Positions 1 through 13,173 of a DNA stretch of 64,000 bases are shown in pieces. The notes beneath the pieces were generated by a model. The model was not told the origin of the DNA. It worked only from the letters and a program-made list of their open reading frames with translations, and did not search any database. Each line of letters begins with the position of its first letter. The stretch's first letter is position 1. The stretch is taken from assembly GCF_006345805.1 (NCBI RefSeq), contig NC_042998.1, forward strand, positions 80,166,001-80,230,000, read 5' to 3'. The translations under genes were made by a program, and so were the position numbers. Source of the stretch: Octopus sinensis. Taxonomy: Eukaryota.

Positions 1-1603
1 ATTAATTAAAAACACTGTGAACCAAAAAGAAAAAAGACATCCGACAGAGTAATCTGAATGTTAAAGGCATTGTTTTATAGATGGATACTCTTGTTTTCAT
101 GAGATCTCATACTGCACGCTACTTCAAAGGTACAAAGTATAAGTAATCTGTTAACTTAAGGAACTGACAACAACACTGTCCACTGCACTTTGATACAAGT
201 GAATACACATGTAAACATACTCAAAACATGGGCCTTTTGTATTGTCTCCATCAATCAGTATCAGTCAGAAAGTATTGATTACCCCAAGGCCATATAGTAG
301 AAGACAGTTGCCCAAGCTTCCACATAATGGGGTAGAACTCAATCTGATAGGTTAAACAAAACAAAACAAATATATATATATATATATATAAAACTGAAGC
401 ATTGTTTTACATACATACACCAACACATACACAATGTATTTGAGTGTTTGTATGGTCAAGAAGTTGTGAGGAGTATCAAGTATATTGCACCTGTAATTTA
501 CAGGGACAGTCTTGTCACATATCACCAGGTTTTGCTGATTCTACCAAAATGTCACATCAAGAGTACATGTCTGCAGAACACTCATACTTTATACAAATAC
601 ATTCATACTTTAAGTAGGTAATCCACTTTATCATGCAACCAGAAGACTCAACATTGAAACTGTTAGAGGAAGCATTTGACAACAGGAATGAATAAACAGA
701 GTTACTTCCATGTGTTTAATAAACATAGTTTTAACCTCATAGTGAGAAACAACATCTTATTAAACCACAGGGCCTTCAGTAGCCAGGTTGAAAAACCAGA
801 TCAACTAGGTTCAACTTCATCAAAGCTTTATCAGGATTTGTTTACTTTCTCCTAACCAATGTGAGAATATTGTGATACTGTATAAGGAATATATAAACAA
901 GCTCAGGATAGACCTGACTTGATCGCATTTATATATCAGAGGACAGTTTAGTTACATTAACTAAATAGGGCACTGACACAGTTGTATTTGAGGTTTGGCA
1001 CTGCCAGTTTGGTATCAACGATTCAATACGGAGTTATTTGACATCAGACATTTTAATGTTTCTGTCACTCTCTCTCTCTTCTTCTGTTTATGTGTAAGCA
1101 TATTTCTTTTATTGTATGAGGAGAGGGAAAATGTCTAAGTCAATCATGATGAGTATCTGTATGTATATATTTTTTAGTGTTTGCCTCTAGCATCAAAGAA
1201 CTACTGTTGTCAAAACAGGCTGAATGTCCAGTCAACCATGCCTAATCATAAGCATTCTAACAGCTGCAGCCAATCATCTCATTTTCAGTAAATAATACTC
1301 AGTACTGAATAATGAAAGCTAGTGAACATCAGTACAGTACAGTGAACAAAGGTAAACAACCATCAGTACAGTTAATGTGGATGGTGGTAAAGTATTGTGA
1401 AAGCAATTTTACAATGCAGCACAATAAAAGAAACTAACCATTATTAAAGAAAGTAACCAGCTATAGAGTACAATGAAAGAAAAACATGTGCAACGTGGAT
1501 TATGTAGGATATGCAAAAAACTAGTAAGATATCTCACAGATGTGTACAATAAACCACAGATATGTAAGAGATATGATGAAGATGACACAGATAGATAATA
1601 ATG

Positions 1604-1960
1604 ATCATCATCATCATTTAATGTCTATGTTCCATGCTGATGAGCTGGACAGTTTGACAGGATGTAATGGGTCCAAGGACAGCATTATGCTTCAGTATTT
1701 GCTTTAGCATGGTTTCTATGGCCAGATGCCCTTCCACATGACAACCACTTTACAGTGCTTACAGGGTTTCTTTTCTCGCCAATACTTGTGAGGTCACCAT
1801 ACAGCTTGCCAAGACTATGAAACCTGAAGGAGGGGTGGTTTTATATGCTAGGAGATGAGTGTTAAGCTATGAGAAGAGGAAGTGGAGCAGAGCAAACCTA
1901 GTTGTGGAGGAGCTACATGGCTACTCACATTTAGTGGAGAGAGTGCGAATGAATCAGTAG
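1604..1960 (-). mobile_element. Family C element (RTE-tailed SINE or RTE 3'UTR)
   Basis: catcatcatttaatgtctatgttccatgctg...ggtttctatggccagatgcccttcc matches other family C copies. Confidence 0.75.
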
Positions 1961-2024
1961 GAGCAGCAAAGAAATAGAAAATATTATGAGAAGACATAAT
2001 ATTATGAACGCATAGGCTGCACCT

Positions 2025-2260
2025 CAGATGTTTAGGATTTATCCTGGATGTTTAAAATTTAAAGGATGTGTAGGACATGCCTACAGATGTAATATGATAT
2101 GTTATTATCAGGAATGACATACCACAGGAGTATACATATGATATATCAATGTTGTCTAGGGCATACTACAAATGTATCATGAATGGTTAAGATATATCAC
2201 TGATGTATGTAAGAGATATGCCTACAAGTATCTTGAATATTCCCTAAATATGCAAGATTG
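2025..2260. repeat. Degenerate tandem repeat (gatgt...aggatatgcctacag-like units)
   Basis: Recurring gatgtgtaggacatgcctacagatgt / gatgtatgtaagagatatgcctacaag. Related units at about 1490-1580, on the other side of a family C insertion. Confidence 0.4.
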
Positions 2261-2661
2261 AGGAAATAAAGTAGACATAATGAAAGCTGGGTATATTGTG
2301 TGCAGGTAGGTAGGTGGATATATTCTCCCTCATGTATTCATTCACCTACCTGCACACAATATGCTCATGTTAAATTCCTTCCCTTTCTCACCAACTTGAG
2401 CTCCCACTCTCCGTTGGAAATCTTGTGAACTCACCCATCTACTCAATCTCTCCAATTTCTGGTCCACATCACTATATACACCACCCTGTAACTTGGGTGT
2501 ACAGGCGCCTGCTCCTTTCCTGTCACATCTTCACTGTCTTTCTCTCCTCTCCAATGCCAAGACAGACAGCAGAGCTTAGTACAATCTTCGGATTTGCCAG
2601 TTCCTCTCAAACTGTCCTATCTATGCCAGCATGGAAAACAGACATTAAATGATGATAGGTG

Positions 2662-2950
2662 CCAGCATGGCACTTGGGCAAGCGTCTTCTTCTATAGCCC
2701 CAGACTGACCAGTCGGTGCTTTGTGAGTGAATACAGTAGACGAAAACCCAATAGAAGCCTGTTGTATATGTGGATGTGTGGCTTTGTCCCCCACCACTAC
2801 TTGACAACCAGTGTTGGTTTGTTCACATCTTTGTAACTTTGTTCAGCTTAAGAGACTGATATAATAAATAACAGACTTGAAGAATAGTACTGGCATTGAT
2901 TTGTTCAACCCTTGAAGGCAGTGCCTCAGCATGGCCACAGTCCAAAAAGA
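2662..2950 (+). mobile_element. SINE family A, 5'-truncated
   Basis: ggcacttgggcaagcgtcttctt ctatagcc...cttgacaacc...gaaggcagtgcctcagcatggccacagtcc matches the family A body. Confidence 0.8.
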
Positions 2951-3199
2951 GCATGCAGGATACTACGGAATGATGTGCAATAACACATTGCTATCATTGT
3001 TATATCTGCAATAACAAATGACCACTTTGAAGTTGATGCACTTAGATGATTTTTGCCGTGAGTTGCAGCTGTTATAATTAGAGACTTAAGTTTCAAATAT
3101 GTAACGAGAGAACGTTTTACGTTATTTTTCTGTCCTTTCCCTTGTTATTTATTTTTATTTTATTTGTTGTAGTTTCTCTAAGTCAGCTCTAGGAATTGT

Positions 3200-4130
3200 G
3201 TCAGTGGAGAAGAGGGTGGCTAGGGAGTCGAGAGAGGGACGTGAAGAGCCGTGAAGTTCACAAAAGAGGAGTAGTGTGAAGTGGACATAAAGAAGACAAG
3301 CAAAGTGAATGGGAACAAAACGAGAGAAATGGTAAAGTGAAAAGACATTGAAGAAGGTTACTTGACAAAAGAAAAGGAAAAGGGGAGCAAAGAGGAGTGG
3401 GAGAGGTCCAAGACTAGAGATAATGTTGATCAACAATTATACGGTAGAAGAAGAATACGTAAAGATACAGGGTGATAAAGACTTGAACAAGAAAGAGGGT
3501 GAATATATGAGATGACAATGTGAGAAAAGAAAAAGGATGGAAAAGAAGGAAACAGACGATGATGAGGAATAAAAACGAAAACCTGAAAAGGAGGAGAAAA
3601 AGACAAATAACATCCACAAGAGGATGATGATGATAATGATGATAATTGTGGCGAAAGTGGAAGAAGTGAAACTGAGTTTGGAGAGACGTGACAGAGTGAG
3701 ACAGAGAGAGAGGACGGGAAGAGCGATAAAGGGGGAAAGGGGGCGACCGAAAGAGAGAGGAAGAGGTGTTTGCGTGCAAAAAAAGAAGGGTTAAGTGATG
3801 AAAAAAAGGTAAAGGAAGATACAGAATAGAGAAGTAAAGATGATAGTGGGGCGAAATAGGAAGTTCGGAAGTGTAAAAATTGGGTGGGTTCAACAGGACG
3901 GCGAGAGAAAACAAAACAATGATTGACTTGAAGTTATATAGAGAAGGAATAAGTGAGAGAGAGTGATTGAAACAAAGAGTGAAAGAAACAGACGAGGCGA
4001 GAGAGGGGGAGAAAAAGAGAGTACATGAGAGAGAAAGTGAAAAAGAGAGAGACAAAGTAGAAGTATGTGGGACAGAGAGCAAGAGAAAGAATGTGAATGA
4101 AGATGGATGGGAGAGGGTTGAAAGCTGGTT
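3200..4130. repeat. Purine-rich (GA) low-complexity block
   Basis: Almost continuous A/G on the + strand. Source of spurious ORFs 3414-4619 and 3967-4503. A similar block lies at about 4860-5300. Confidence 0.9.
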
Positions 4131-4174
4131 CATGTCAACTTCAGAAGAAAGTTGCCGTTGGATTAGAAAGATAC

Positions 4175-4445
4175 ATAAGAGCACCACATACATACATGCA
4201 CACATGTACATGCGCGCCCGTACACACGCGCATATATACACAATTGTGCGCGTGCACACATACACATACACACACATATGCGTGCGTGTACACACATACG
4301 CGCGCGCACACACACACATCAACATACATATAAACCCGCACATACGCAAGCATGCACACACACACAGGTTCACATACGCAAACACATATACACACGCACG
4401 TATACATGCGCGCGCATGCACAAGCATACACACACACACACACAG
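4175..4445. repeat. Alternating purine-pyrimidine tract with CG steps (Z-DNA prone)
   Basis: cacacatacatacatgcacacatgtacatgcgcgcccgtacacacgcgc...cgcgcgcgcacacacac. Confidence 0.85.
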
Positions 4446-4690
4446 AATCAAGAGATCAGAGAGCCACAGCCAAGCCGAATCAATATTTACAAATGGCGCT
4501 TGAAGTCGGATGTCAAGAAACATCATGCTATGGAATATAAATGTTTTCTGTTTATCGTATTGATAGCACTGATCACGTATCGAATACAGTGTGTGTGTCT
4601 GTGTGTGTGTGTGTTGCATGTGCAGTGAGGCCGAGGGAATGGGGAATAATTTCTATTAATTGAGCTAGCTGACAATCAGTCAGCCTTCAC

Positions 4691-4749
4691 CTTGAACCAG
4701 ATCCAGTTCTTTGGTAAGGAATCTCCGATGTAATTCCTCAAAATCTTTG
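4691..4749 (-). CDS. Candidate 59-nt internal exon of an unidentified minus-strand gene
   Basis: Acceptor ...ttcggtttgccttgttgcatgtacatacAG, donor AAG|GTGAAG. Two open frames: KDFEELHRRFLTKELDLVQ or KILRNYIGDSLPKNWIWFK. No homolog recognised. Confidence 0.35.
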
Positions 4750-6169
4750 CTGTATGTACATGCAACAAGGCAAACCGAAATAAAAGTATTGTTTGCTTTC
4801 TTTATCTCCTCCTCCCCTGTCTTCTCTCTCTCTCTATCTATCTATCTGTCTCTGTAATATAGATTATAGTAAAAGTATGAATAGGGGAATGAAGGAGAGA
4901 ACATGTAGAAAAAAAGGGGAGATGGGATTATAAGAGAAAATGGTGAGGGAACAAGGAAAAAAAGAGAGAGAAAGACAGAAAAAGATATAGATAGAACGAA
5001 AAGAAGAAAAAGAAAAGACACAAAAAGAAATAAAGAGAAAAGAAGGAAAGAAAAAGACGGGGAAATGAGTGGGGGTGGGGGTGACAAAAAGGAATAAGGA
5101 CAGCGAGATAGAAGACTGGCCAAGTGCAACCTGGATGTGAAGAGACTAAGAACTATTTGAGGGAAAAAGAAGTGACGAAAAAAGATATGAACTTGGGTAA
5201 AAAGATGTCGAAGAGGTGGAGAAAGAAGAAAACCAAAAGGTTAATAACGTGAACAAGGAAGGGAGGTATGATGGATGAAGATAAAGAGAAAGAAGTAATA
5301 AACGTCGCATCATCATATACTCCTCCACCATATTGTGCCTAGTTCAAACAGAAATCAATAACACAGCGACGGTATTGATACTTATTTTAACGATGGAAGG
5401 AATCCGAGAGGATTATATATAAATAATTGGAAGAGGGATATTCACTCAATGAAATTTGGTTTAATTTTATATTAGTAGGTAGATACGTATACACACACAC
5501 ATATATATACAAACATACATACACACACACACATGACATGCTTTAGTATCAACACAATATTGTTACAGTTGCTTCCACCTGTTGAGAACCAAAATATAAA
5601 ATGCTAAAGGAGATACAGAAAAGTTCTACAATGTTTCGAATTGTGTGTGAGTGTGTGCGTATTTATGTTTATACACACATACATGAGAGAGAGAAAGAAA
5701 GAGGGTTAGTTAAGTGAAGAAATAAGAGGTGTACTGGTTAATATGGGAATATTTATATATGGGTGGAGATGAAGTAGTTTACAATAAGACCAACGGGTTT
5801 GGTTTCCCCCACGTCCATATAATCTTTGGCAACCAGGGATTCATTCTTAAGCTATACGAAAAATACATACGAAAGTTGTATTTGTGTGAAGGTAGGGGTG
5901 TATGTTTCTAATACATGGGTGTGTGTGTATAAACATACTTATAAAGTGTAGGTGATGTTTTTCTTGCCGTGGAATGGGAGCCCATATTTTTAGAAGATAG
6001 GGAAGAGGGATAGAGAGATTTTGACGTCCATGCCTTTCTTTGTCGGGGAAATCAGCAACATAAGTGAATAATTCTAGTTGAGAATCGATACTGGATTGTG
6101 AAGCAGGGCCACTGTGTACGAGAGCTCTTAGTGGCTTTCTCCTTAATCCAATATCGATTCTCAACAACT

Positions 6170-6458
6170 ACATATTCATACAAATATATATATATATATA
6201 CAAATACATATATATATGCATACAAACATATATATCATATACACACATATTACACGCACATACATAGGCATTACTCTCACACACACACACACACGCATGT
6301 AAATGTGTTTATACAGCTATTCTGCCCATGAAAATATGTTGGAAAAAGAAACCTGATGATGATGATAACGAATACGACGATGTATGAATATTTATTCAAT
6401 ACATAATGATAAAAATCTTTATAGAAATCTTTATTCAGTAAATCGTTTACACACACAC

Positions 6459-6502
<44 letters not shown>

Positions 6503-6534
6503 TTATATATATATACACACACACACATTATATA

Positions 6535-6566
<32 letters not shown>

Positions 6567-6625
6567 CACATATATATACACATATATACACACACGCACA
6601 CATTTGCACATACATACACAACACG
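6170..6625. repeat. Compound (TA)n/(CA)n microsatellite
   Basis: Seen directly. Confidence 0.95.
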
Positions 6626-8794
6626 CATTCATTCTAGAATTCTAGGTTACGAAACTAAAAGGCACGCAAAAAATATTTGAAAGAGGGAGAAACAAAATCA
6701 TTTCTGTACATTCTTCATGAAGAATTTCTTACACTTGTAAAGTTATGTATTTATTTATTCGTCACTTTTATATATCATTTCAGTAGAATCTGCAACCCCC
6801 CCTATTGTAGGTTGACACACATAACAGATTTAAATGAAAGAGACTGTTTCTTTGTCTTCTCCCTTCAGCAATAAGGCTTTTGCTGACATTTTAGTAGGAT
6901 TTGCTGCACTCGGTTAACCTTGCTACAGCGATGTCATATGAATTGGAGTCATTTATAGAATGAAGTGTTACAATAATAAGGTTTAACAGCTTTGATAATA
7001 GTGCGGGAGGGGAAAATAATGGTATAGGGCACACAGATAACAATGTCAACTTAACTATTGATGGAGATTTAGCTGCAACATTAGATTAATAGAGGCGTGT
7101 ATGTGTATATGTAAGTGTGCGTGTGACAGAGAAAGAGGTAGGAGACTTGAACTGACAAATACACACTATTGTAATCAAAACACTGCTGTGCAGCAGTCAA
7201 TATGAGACTGTTGCTGCTCTGCATGTTACAACAACAAACTTATTCTCGGACAACAGTGTCAGTAATAGTTGCGTGACAAAAATTTATTGTTGTACCAAAA
7301 GACAAAAACAAATAAATCTCATTCATACACAACAAAGTATCAAATCTATAAACTTCATTCTTGTACATTTTCAAACCTATAATAGAAATCTTTTTACAAC
7401 TATTATTGTTGCTCAATAATCAGTTGTTGTTTTGAGTACAATTATTGCTTTATTCATTGAAAAAAAAATATTCATGAACTGTTACTTTTGTACAAAATAA
7501 AAACCCTAAATTATTCTTGTTGCTGCTCCCATGAATTATGTTGTTAGTAGTATAAACGTCAAACAATAAAAGCAACATTGTTTGCTGATACTTCAAACAT
7601 TAACTACAAAAAAACAAAAAACAACCTTAGATAAATAGTATATTGTAACAAAAATAATTACTGTTAACCAAAGAATCGTCAATCATAAATTTGTGACTAA
7701 ACAATCACGACATTGGGATTGTACGTATGTAAAGAAAAAATAGCGCTATCAAAATATAACCGAGAATTAAACGTTATTGTTCAGGAACTACAGTCGGTCT
7801 ATGTGGAAGTGATTGTGGTAATAAATTCTAACCCTGGCCCGAAGCCACGGATTTTGAAGATTTAGTTGAGCTCAATAAATGATTATTTTATCGATCTTCT
7901 GGATCTCCTTCAGCTCATGAACAAACTCCTCTACCAATGCCCACTGTAAAAATGCGTCCTCTATATTAAGAAATGGTGGAGGACAAGAGACGGTTAATTA
8001 GAGAGGCAGAGGTGTGGAGAGAAGACAGAAAACAGGGCAAAGAAGAGGTCAAACCGTAGACGAACTCCCAGGCTTCCATACCTTGCGAGAGGGCCTATGC
8101 AACAACAGATAGATAGACGTTGATAATAGAAGAAAACAGTCCTGTATCGAAGAAACTGAGATTGGTAGGGAACCAATTGGTATGAAAGGCTAGAGTGCAG
8201 AAGGTACATCATAAGGTTTAGGCTATGATCCATCCGAAAGTTAAAAAAATATACATGTAAAACATGAAAATTCAATGCCATCTATGCAAGCCTAAGAGGA
8301 ACCAGGATCACTAGTATTACTTCAATTCCATTTCATGATTAGTATGCAAAAAGACTTCAGGTCTCACAAACAAATATAATTTTGCATCATTTATATAGGA
8401 TTCATTAATCGTTTTATTAAAAAGGATTTAGATTAGATAAATAGTGGATTTATACAAATGTTATGCTAATATCAGTTTTCCAAATTAGACAATAAGCCTC
8501 AGTGACAAGATAACATTGAAATGGGGCTTCGTAAACCACGAGATAACATAAAAAAACAATGCTTATCTCGAGATTTTATAACATTAAGCAGACGACAAAT
8601 CGAATGACCCTTACATAGCTAGGATGCCAGTCTGTCACATTTGACATTTACAAAAGACCCGATAGATTTTTTCTTTCTTTGCCCCAATATTATTTACTCC
8701 TACCATCGACAGCTAGGTGAATTGAAACAAAAATAAAATAAGCTACAATTGATCAATGAGTTGGTATTCTCGTATACACAAACACATATAATCA

Positions 8795-9780
8795 CAGACA
8801 TGCAGGAAGTAAATAGACACCTTTAATTTTCAAAATTTCTGATCTAAGCGTCTTAATGTTTTCAGCGGTGTAAAATTTACAATTCTTTTTCATTTCAGGT
8901 GCCGTTATATTAAATATTTGCGAAGAGTAACCACAAAAAATTCAGCAGAACTGTCAGATTTTCAAAGACATCATATTGTTGGGCAATCTGAGGCTGGTTT
9001 TAACCAGCGAAAAATTGTCGAAAGTCTTCAAATTCTTCTTACTACTGTTAATAGAATTATAGTGCAATTCAAAAGGCACGGAAAAGAATCAATAGATTCT
9101 TGTCCCGGCCGACCTGGGCCCTCGGAAAGGAAGCTTCGCTGTTTGAAGAGAATTGTGGAAAACGAACCCTGTTCGAAGGCTTCTGACATTGCAAAACAGC
9201 TAGAAGTTAGTCCAAGAACGTGTGCTACATATCTGCATAAACTTGAGTATTATGGACGAGCAGCTAGAAGAAAACCTCTCCTTCAACTAATTAATATCAC
9301 GAAAAGAAAGAAATGGGCTAAGATGTCATAAAAATCCAGTTCATTTTAGGATAGAGTGATTTTCTCAGATGAATCTAGATTTGCATTATTTCCAGACAGT
9401 GGACGTTTTTGGGCCTGGGGGCTTCCCAATCAAGAATTTGATTTGAAATGATTAACCAACTGTGAAACATGGCGGTATCTCTGTAATGGTATGGGGAACT
9501 GTCACCAGCAATGGTCGTTCTGAGCTGATTGAATGTATTGGAACCATAAACTCTGAAAAATACATCGAAATACTTAAGCAAGGACTACTTCTGATGTATT
9601 CACACGATAACATAACGAAAAATGATTTTTTATTCATGGAAGATGGGGCTCCATGCCACAGAGCGAAAAGGAATCAACAATGGTTGACTGAAAATGGGAT
9701 CAAGAAGCTTCCTTGGTCGAGCCAATCTCTTAACATGAACCCAATTGAAAATCTTTGGAGCATACTAGATAGAGCTATAC
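8795..9780 (+). pseudogene. Decayed Tc1-family (DD34E) DNA transposon; transposase pseudogene, 3'-truncated
   Basis: ORF 8918-9331 gives the paired-like HTH N-terminus and GRAARRKPLL. The same frame continues to VIFSDESRF (D at 9368). After stops at 9329, 9347 and 9449 and a +1 frameshift near 9454 come TVKHGG.SVMVWG, FMEDGAPCH (D at 9642) and MNPIENLW (E at 9747); D-to-E spacing is 34 aa by hand count. The 5' end 'cagacatgcaggaagtaaatagacacc' is TIR-like and uncertain. Confidence 0.93.
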
Positions 9781-9951
9781 GTGTGTGTGTGTGTGTTTTC
9801 GTCCCCCGGTGATATTTGTTTGCCTACATAACTTGGCCATTTGGTAAAAGAAACCAACAGTATACCAGACTTAAAGAATAAGTACTAGAGTGGAGGAGGT
9901 GCCCCAGTATGGGTGCAGTTCACTGAGTGAAACAAGAAAAAGATAAAAGAT
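9781..9951 (+). mobile_element. 3' half of SINE family A, starting at its internal (GT)n tract and truncating the Tc1 ORF
   Basis: (GT)n-tttcgtccccc...aagaataagtact...ggtgccccagtatgg...tgaaacaagaaaaagataaaaga matches the 3' half of other family A copies in the window. Confidence 0.8.
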
Positions 9952-10668
9952 ACGGTGTTTTGAAAACAATACGAAAAGATCTCTTTGTTCGCTTTCAATG
10001 CCGACTTTTAAACTAGTAGGGATACCTCCGATCAGACCAAGCAAATTAACAATGTTTATCGTACTCGCATGAAATAAATGAAATATTGATCGAGTGATTG
10101 ATTACACTATTAACTAACAACGTTGTTGCTAAGAAAGGAAACTTCGTTGTTGCTAGAGATAATTTTATCGTGGTCGCTCAGAAAATGAAATAAATAAAAA
10201 GAAAAATTAGAATCCATTAAAAGCCATTATAGTACTTACTGAAATACAATCACTCCCCACCTCTCTCTACTTCTCTCTCTCTCATTTCCAATCATTGTTT
10301 CGTAAAAGAAATTTTATCAGTGAAACCGGTTTGAAATAGCGACAGACAATGAAATAAGAACACCTAGTAAGAAAAAACTAACGATCACTTTATATCTGGA
10401 AGAAGACAAAATGAGAATTTGAAATCTTTTACAGCCTCGCCTTTGGGCAGTTGGTTTATTTCTTGGAAGGTGTTCAACAGAAACCTCTTTCATAAATGGT
10501 TACAGACAGCAATGCTAAAAGAAAGGGATTACTTTTGATGATAGTGCTACTGTCAGTCACATACTTGTTATTGACTAACAGCTCTTTAAGTATTAACCAC
10601 ACAGCTGTCAAATGTAGAAATATTCAAATGCATTTATGCACTTCTAAACTGTTCATTTGGGTCACTTA

Positions 10669-10895
10669 TAAGGTCTGTCCAGAAACTTTGTAGCTGCTGC
10701 TAGAATCAATAAGGTATTGTTTCAAATTTCGCTGACAGCTAACAATAAGAGCTAATTTAAACATGGGTGTTTGAACCGGTGATATCATTGTGAGCCAATA
10801 TTAAGCATTAAGGCCAAGCGTCTTTTACGTAGTTTATACAGATCGCTTTAAAATACTGCTGATAATGTTCTGTTCGTCCGGGAATGTTGATTCAC
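10669..10895 (+). mobile_element. Possible mariner-like 5' terminal remnant
   Basis: TA|TAAGGTCTGTCCAGAAA resembles mariner TIR starts. No partner TIR or ORF found. Confidence 0.3.
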
Positions 10896-11214
10896 TTAAG
10901 AATTGTTTAATCCAAGCAATTCAGAAGATGGTTTAAGTTGAGCTTTATAGATAAATAAATACAGAAATTAAAACATTGCTCTTAAATTTTTGTAATTTTC
11001 TGTGAAGATATTCCTTTAAAAGAAATATAGTGCAAATTTACGTAATCAATCTAAATGAATTATTTTGCTAATCAGTAACTTTTTCCAGTTTCTATTGCAA
11101 TTGTTGAGGTATACAATATTTTTGGTTTTGACATACAGTGGCTTACAAATTCATTTTTGGCGATGTTACGGTTCTAGTATATTGGCCTTTTTGGCGTACT
11201 CATTTTTATATACT

Positions 11215-11422
11215 GGTTTCAAATTTTAGCACAAGGCCAACAATTTCTGGGGGCAGGGTAAGTCGATTACACCAACTCCAATGCTCAACTGGTGCCTATT
11301 TTATTGATTTCGAAAGGATGAAATGCAAACCTCGGTGGAATTTGAATTCAGAACGTACAGACGAACGAAACGCAACTAAGTATATTGTCTGGCATGCTTA
11401 CGATTCTGCTAGTAGGTGCCTT
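11215..11422 (-). mobile_element. SINE family B (tRNA-derived), full length
   Basis: tttcaaattttagcacaaggcc...gtcgattacacc...cgaaaggatgaaa...ctcggtggaatttgaattcagaacgta. Confidence 0.85.
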
Positions 11423-13173
11423 GATTCACTTTTTTTAATGTATTACGATAACACACACAGAGACAGGCAGATATATAGTTTCACTTTTACGTATGACATA
11501 CACTATAGACCTACTTCTACCATTTACTAAATTTCACTCACAAGATTAAAATCTGGATTCCAGAGAAACAGACAACAATGGTGATACCTAAAATATAGCA
11601 CAGTTTGTTGAATGTCAGCAAGAATGGTCCAACTGAGGCAATTTAGGTTACCTTATAGAGGGATCGATCTTGGAACAGGGACGTCGTGAAGCGAACTTCT
11701 TACTCCCTCAGCCATACCAAAAATTATGTCTATAGAAAAGATCGATAATTGGTCAGTGCGATCTTATTCTTACACAATGTTGTTTTAAGAAAATATAACC
11801 TTTCTCTTACTCAACAAATAAAAGATACTTTTTATTAATATTGATTGATTTTATAGATTTTATGCTGAAATATAAAAAAAAAACAATGTTTTTATAATCT
11901 CGTCACTTATTCAAGAGTATGAGAATTCTTAAGCTTTATCATGCTGTTACTTTCGATGTTGTTACAGAGAACGATTTTTCTGATCGCTTAAAAAAATGTG
12001 TCTATGTATGTATATATGTATGTTTATGTGTGTGCGTGTGTAATTATTCTTTTTAAAAATGAGATGAATTGAAAAAATAATACTGGATAGAAATTTTATA
12101 AAGTAATACAATATTTAAAATATATTTCTCTTCATATTTCTTTTATCATTCATAACTTAAGACCTCTCTCTCTCTCTCCACACACACACACACACACACA
12201 CATAAAACTCTCTCTACCTCTCAATATTTTAAACCTAACATTGAGTTAGTAATCTTCTGAACAAAGAAGTAATCCGTTATGAACGTTACTCTCAATGTTA
12301 TACGATGGTGTTTTGTTATAAACAACTGTTCATTTCTAATTTAAAGTGTTATATAAAGTACAGTTGACCCTGAAACAAAGTAACAACTAATATTAAAGAA
12401 GAGATAATAACAATAATACAGATTGTCTATAGAATGACGACGAAGGTTGTAAAAATATTAGCCAAAATGCACTAAAATGAAATCTAAGTATAGTTAGAAG
12501 AGTGTTTATTTGCTTAAAGTATTACAGTAAACACTGATTTAGATATAAATCCACCGTTATGCAGTTGAGGGGAAGATTAAATGTAAGTAAGACTAAGAAC
12601 AAAGACTGAACTTTCACCTTAAGAAACATTTAAAAATCTCGATGATTATATTTCGGTAAAAATACCGTGGAAGCCAGACACCTCTTTGTTCTCTTCACAC
12701 TTTGATAAGGAGTGTTTTTTTTTTACCTGCAAATACATATTAGGATTATAAGGTCGATTTTCGTTTCTTGTTCTTATATTTAAACATTCTCCTATCTGCA
12801 TAGCCGTGACTTTTCGAAATCATTGTTTTTGTTAGCTCCAGGTCGGCCCTCATGCAGCCGACCTTTAGATCAAGAAACTGCCAGCTATGACCATCTCATC
12901 TTGCTTTCTTCTAAGGCAGCATTTGAGAAATAAATCTAGCTGTTATTTCCAGCAGCTCAAGCCCCCACCACCATCATTGATTTGTGGAAATATAAAAAAT
13001 ATTGAAGAAAGCATACCAATAGTACAGAGTAGAGGCAAAAATGAATGCGTGCATAGTAAACAGAGGGTAGTAGTTCCTTAACCTACTTGGTTACGGTTAT
13101 ATCACTGTATACTGTCGTTGTTGAATAAGGAAATTTGGTGGCTATTTCTAACAGGTCAAACAACTCCTTAGAA

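Noticed and set aside
780-1050. RFNFI...LDRIYIS, resembling L1/Tx1 endonuclease motifs
   Set aside because: The spacing (36 codons) is shorter than expected and the frame has many stops; too weak to call.
3414-4619. 401-aa minus-strand ORF and overlapping 178-aa ORF
   Set aside because: They are translations of GA-rich and CA/TG low-complexity DNA, with no domain-like content.
7200-7720. Cluster of AACAAT/GTTGCT motifs (SOX- or RFX-like), also at 10118-10160 and 63820-63860
   Set aside because: Short motifs in very AT-rich DNA; enrichment cannot be shown without a background model.
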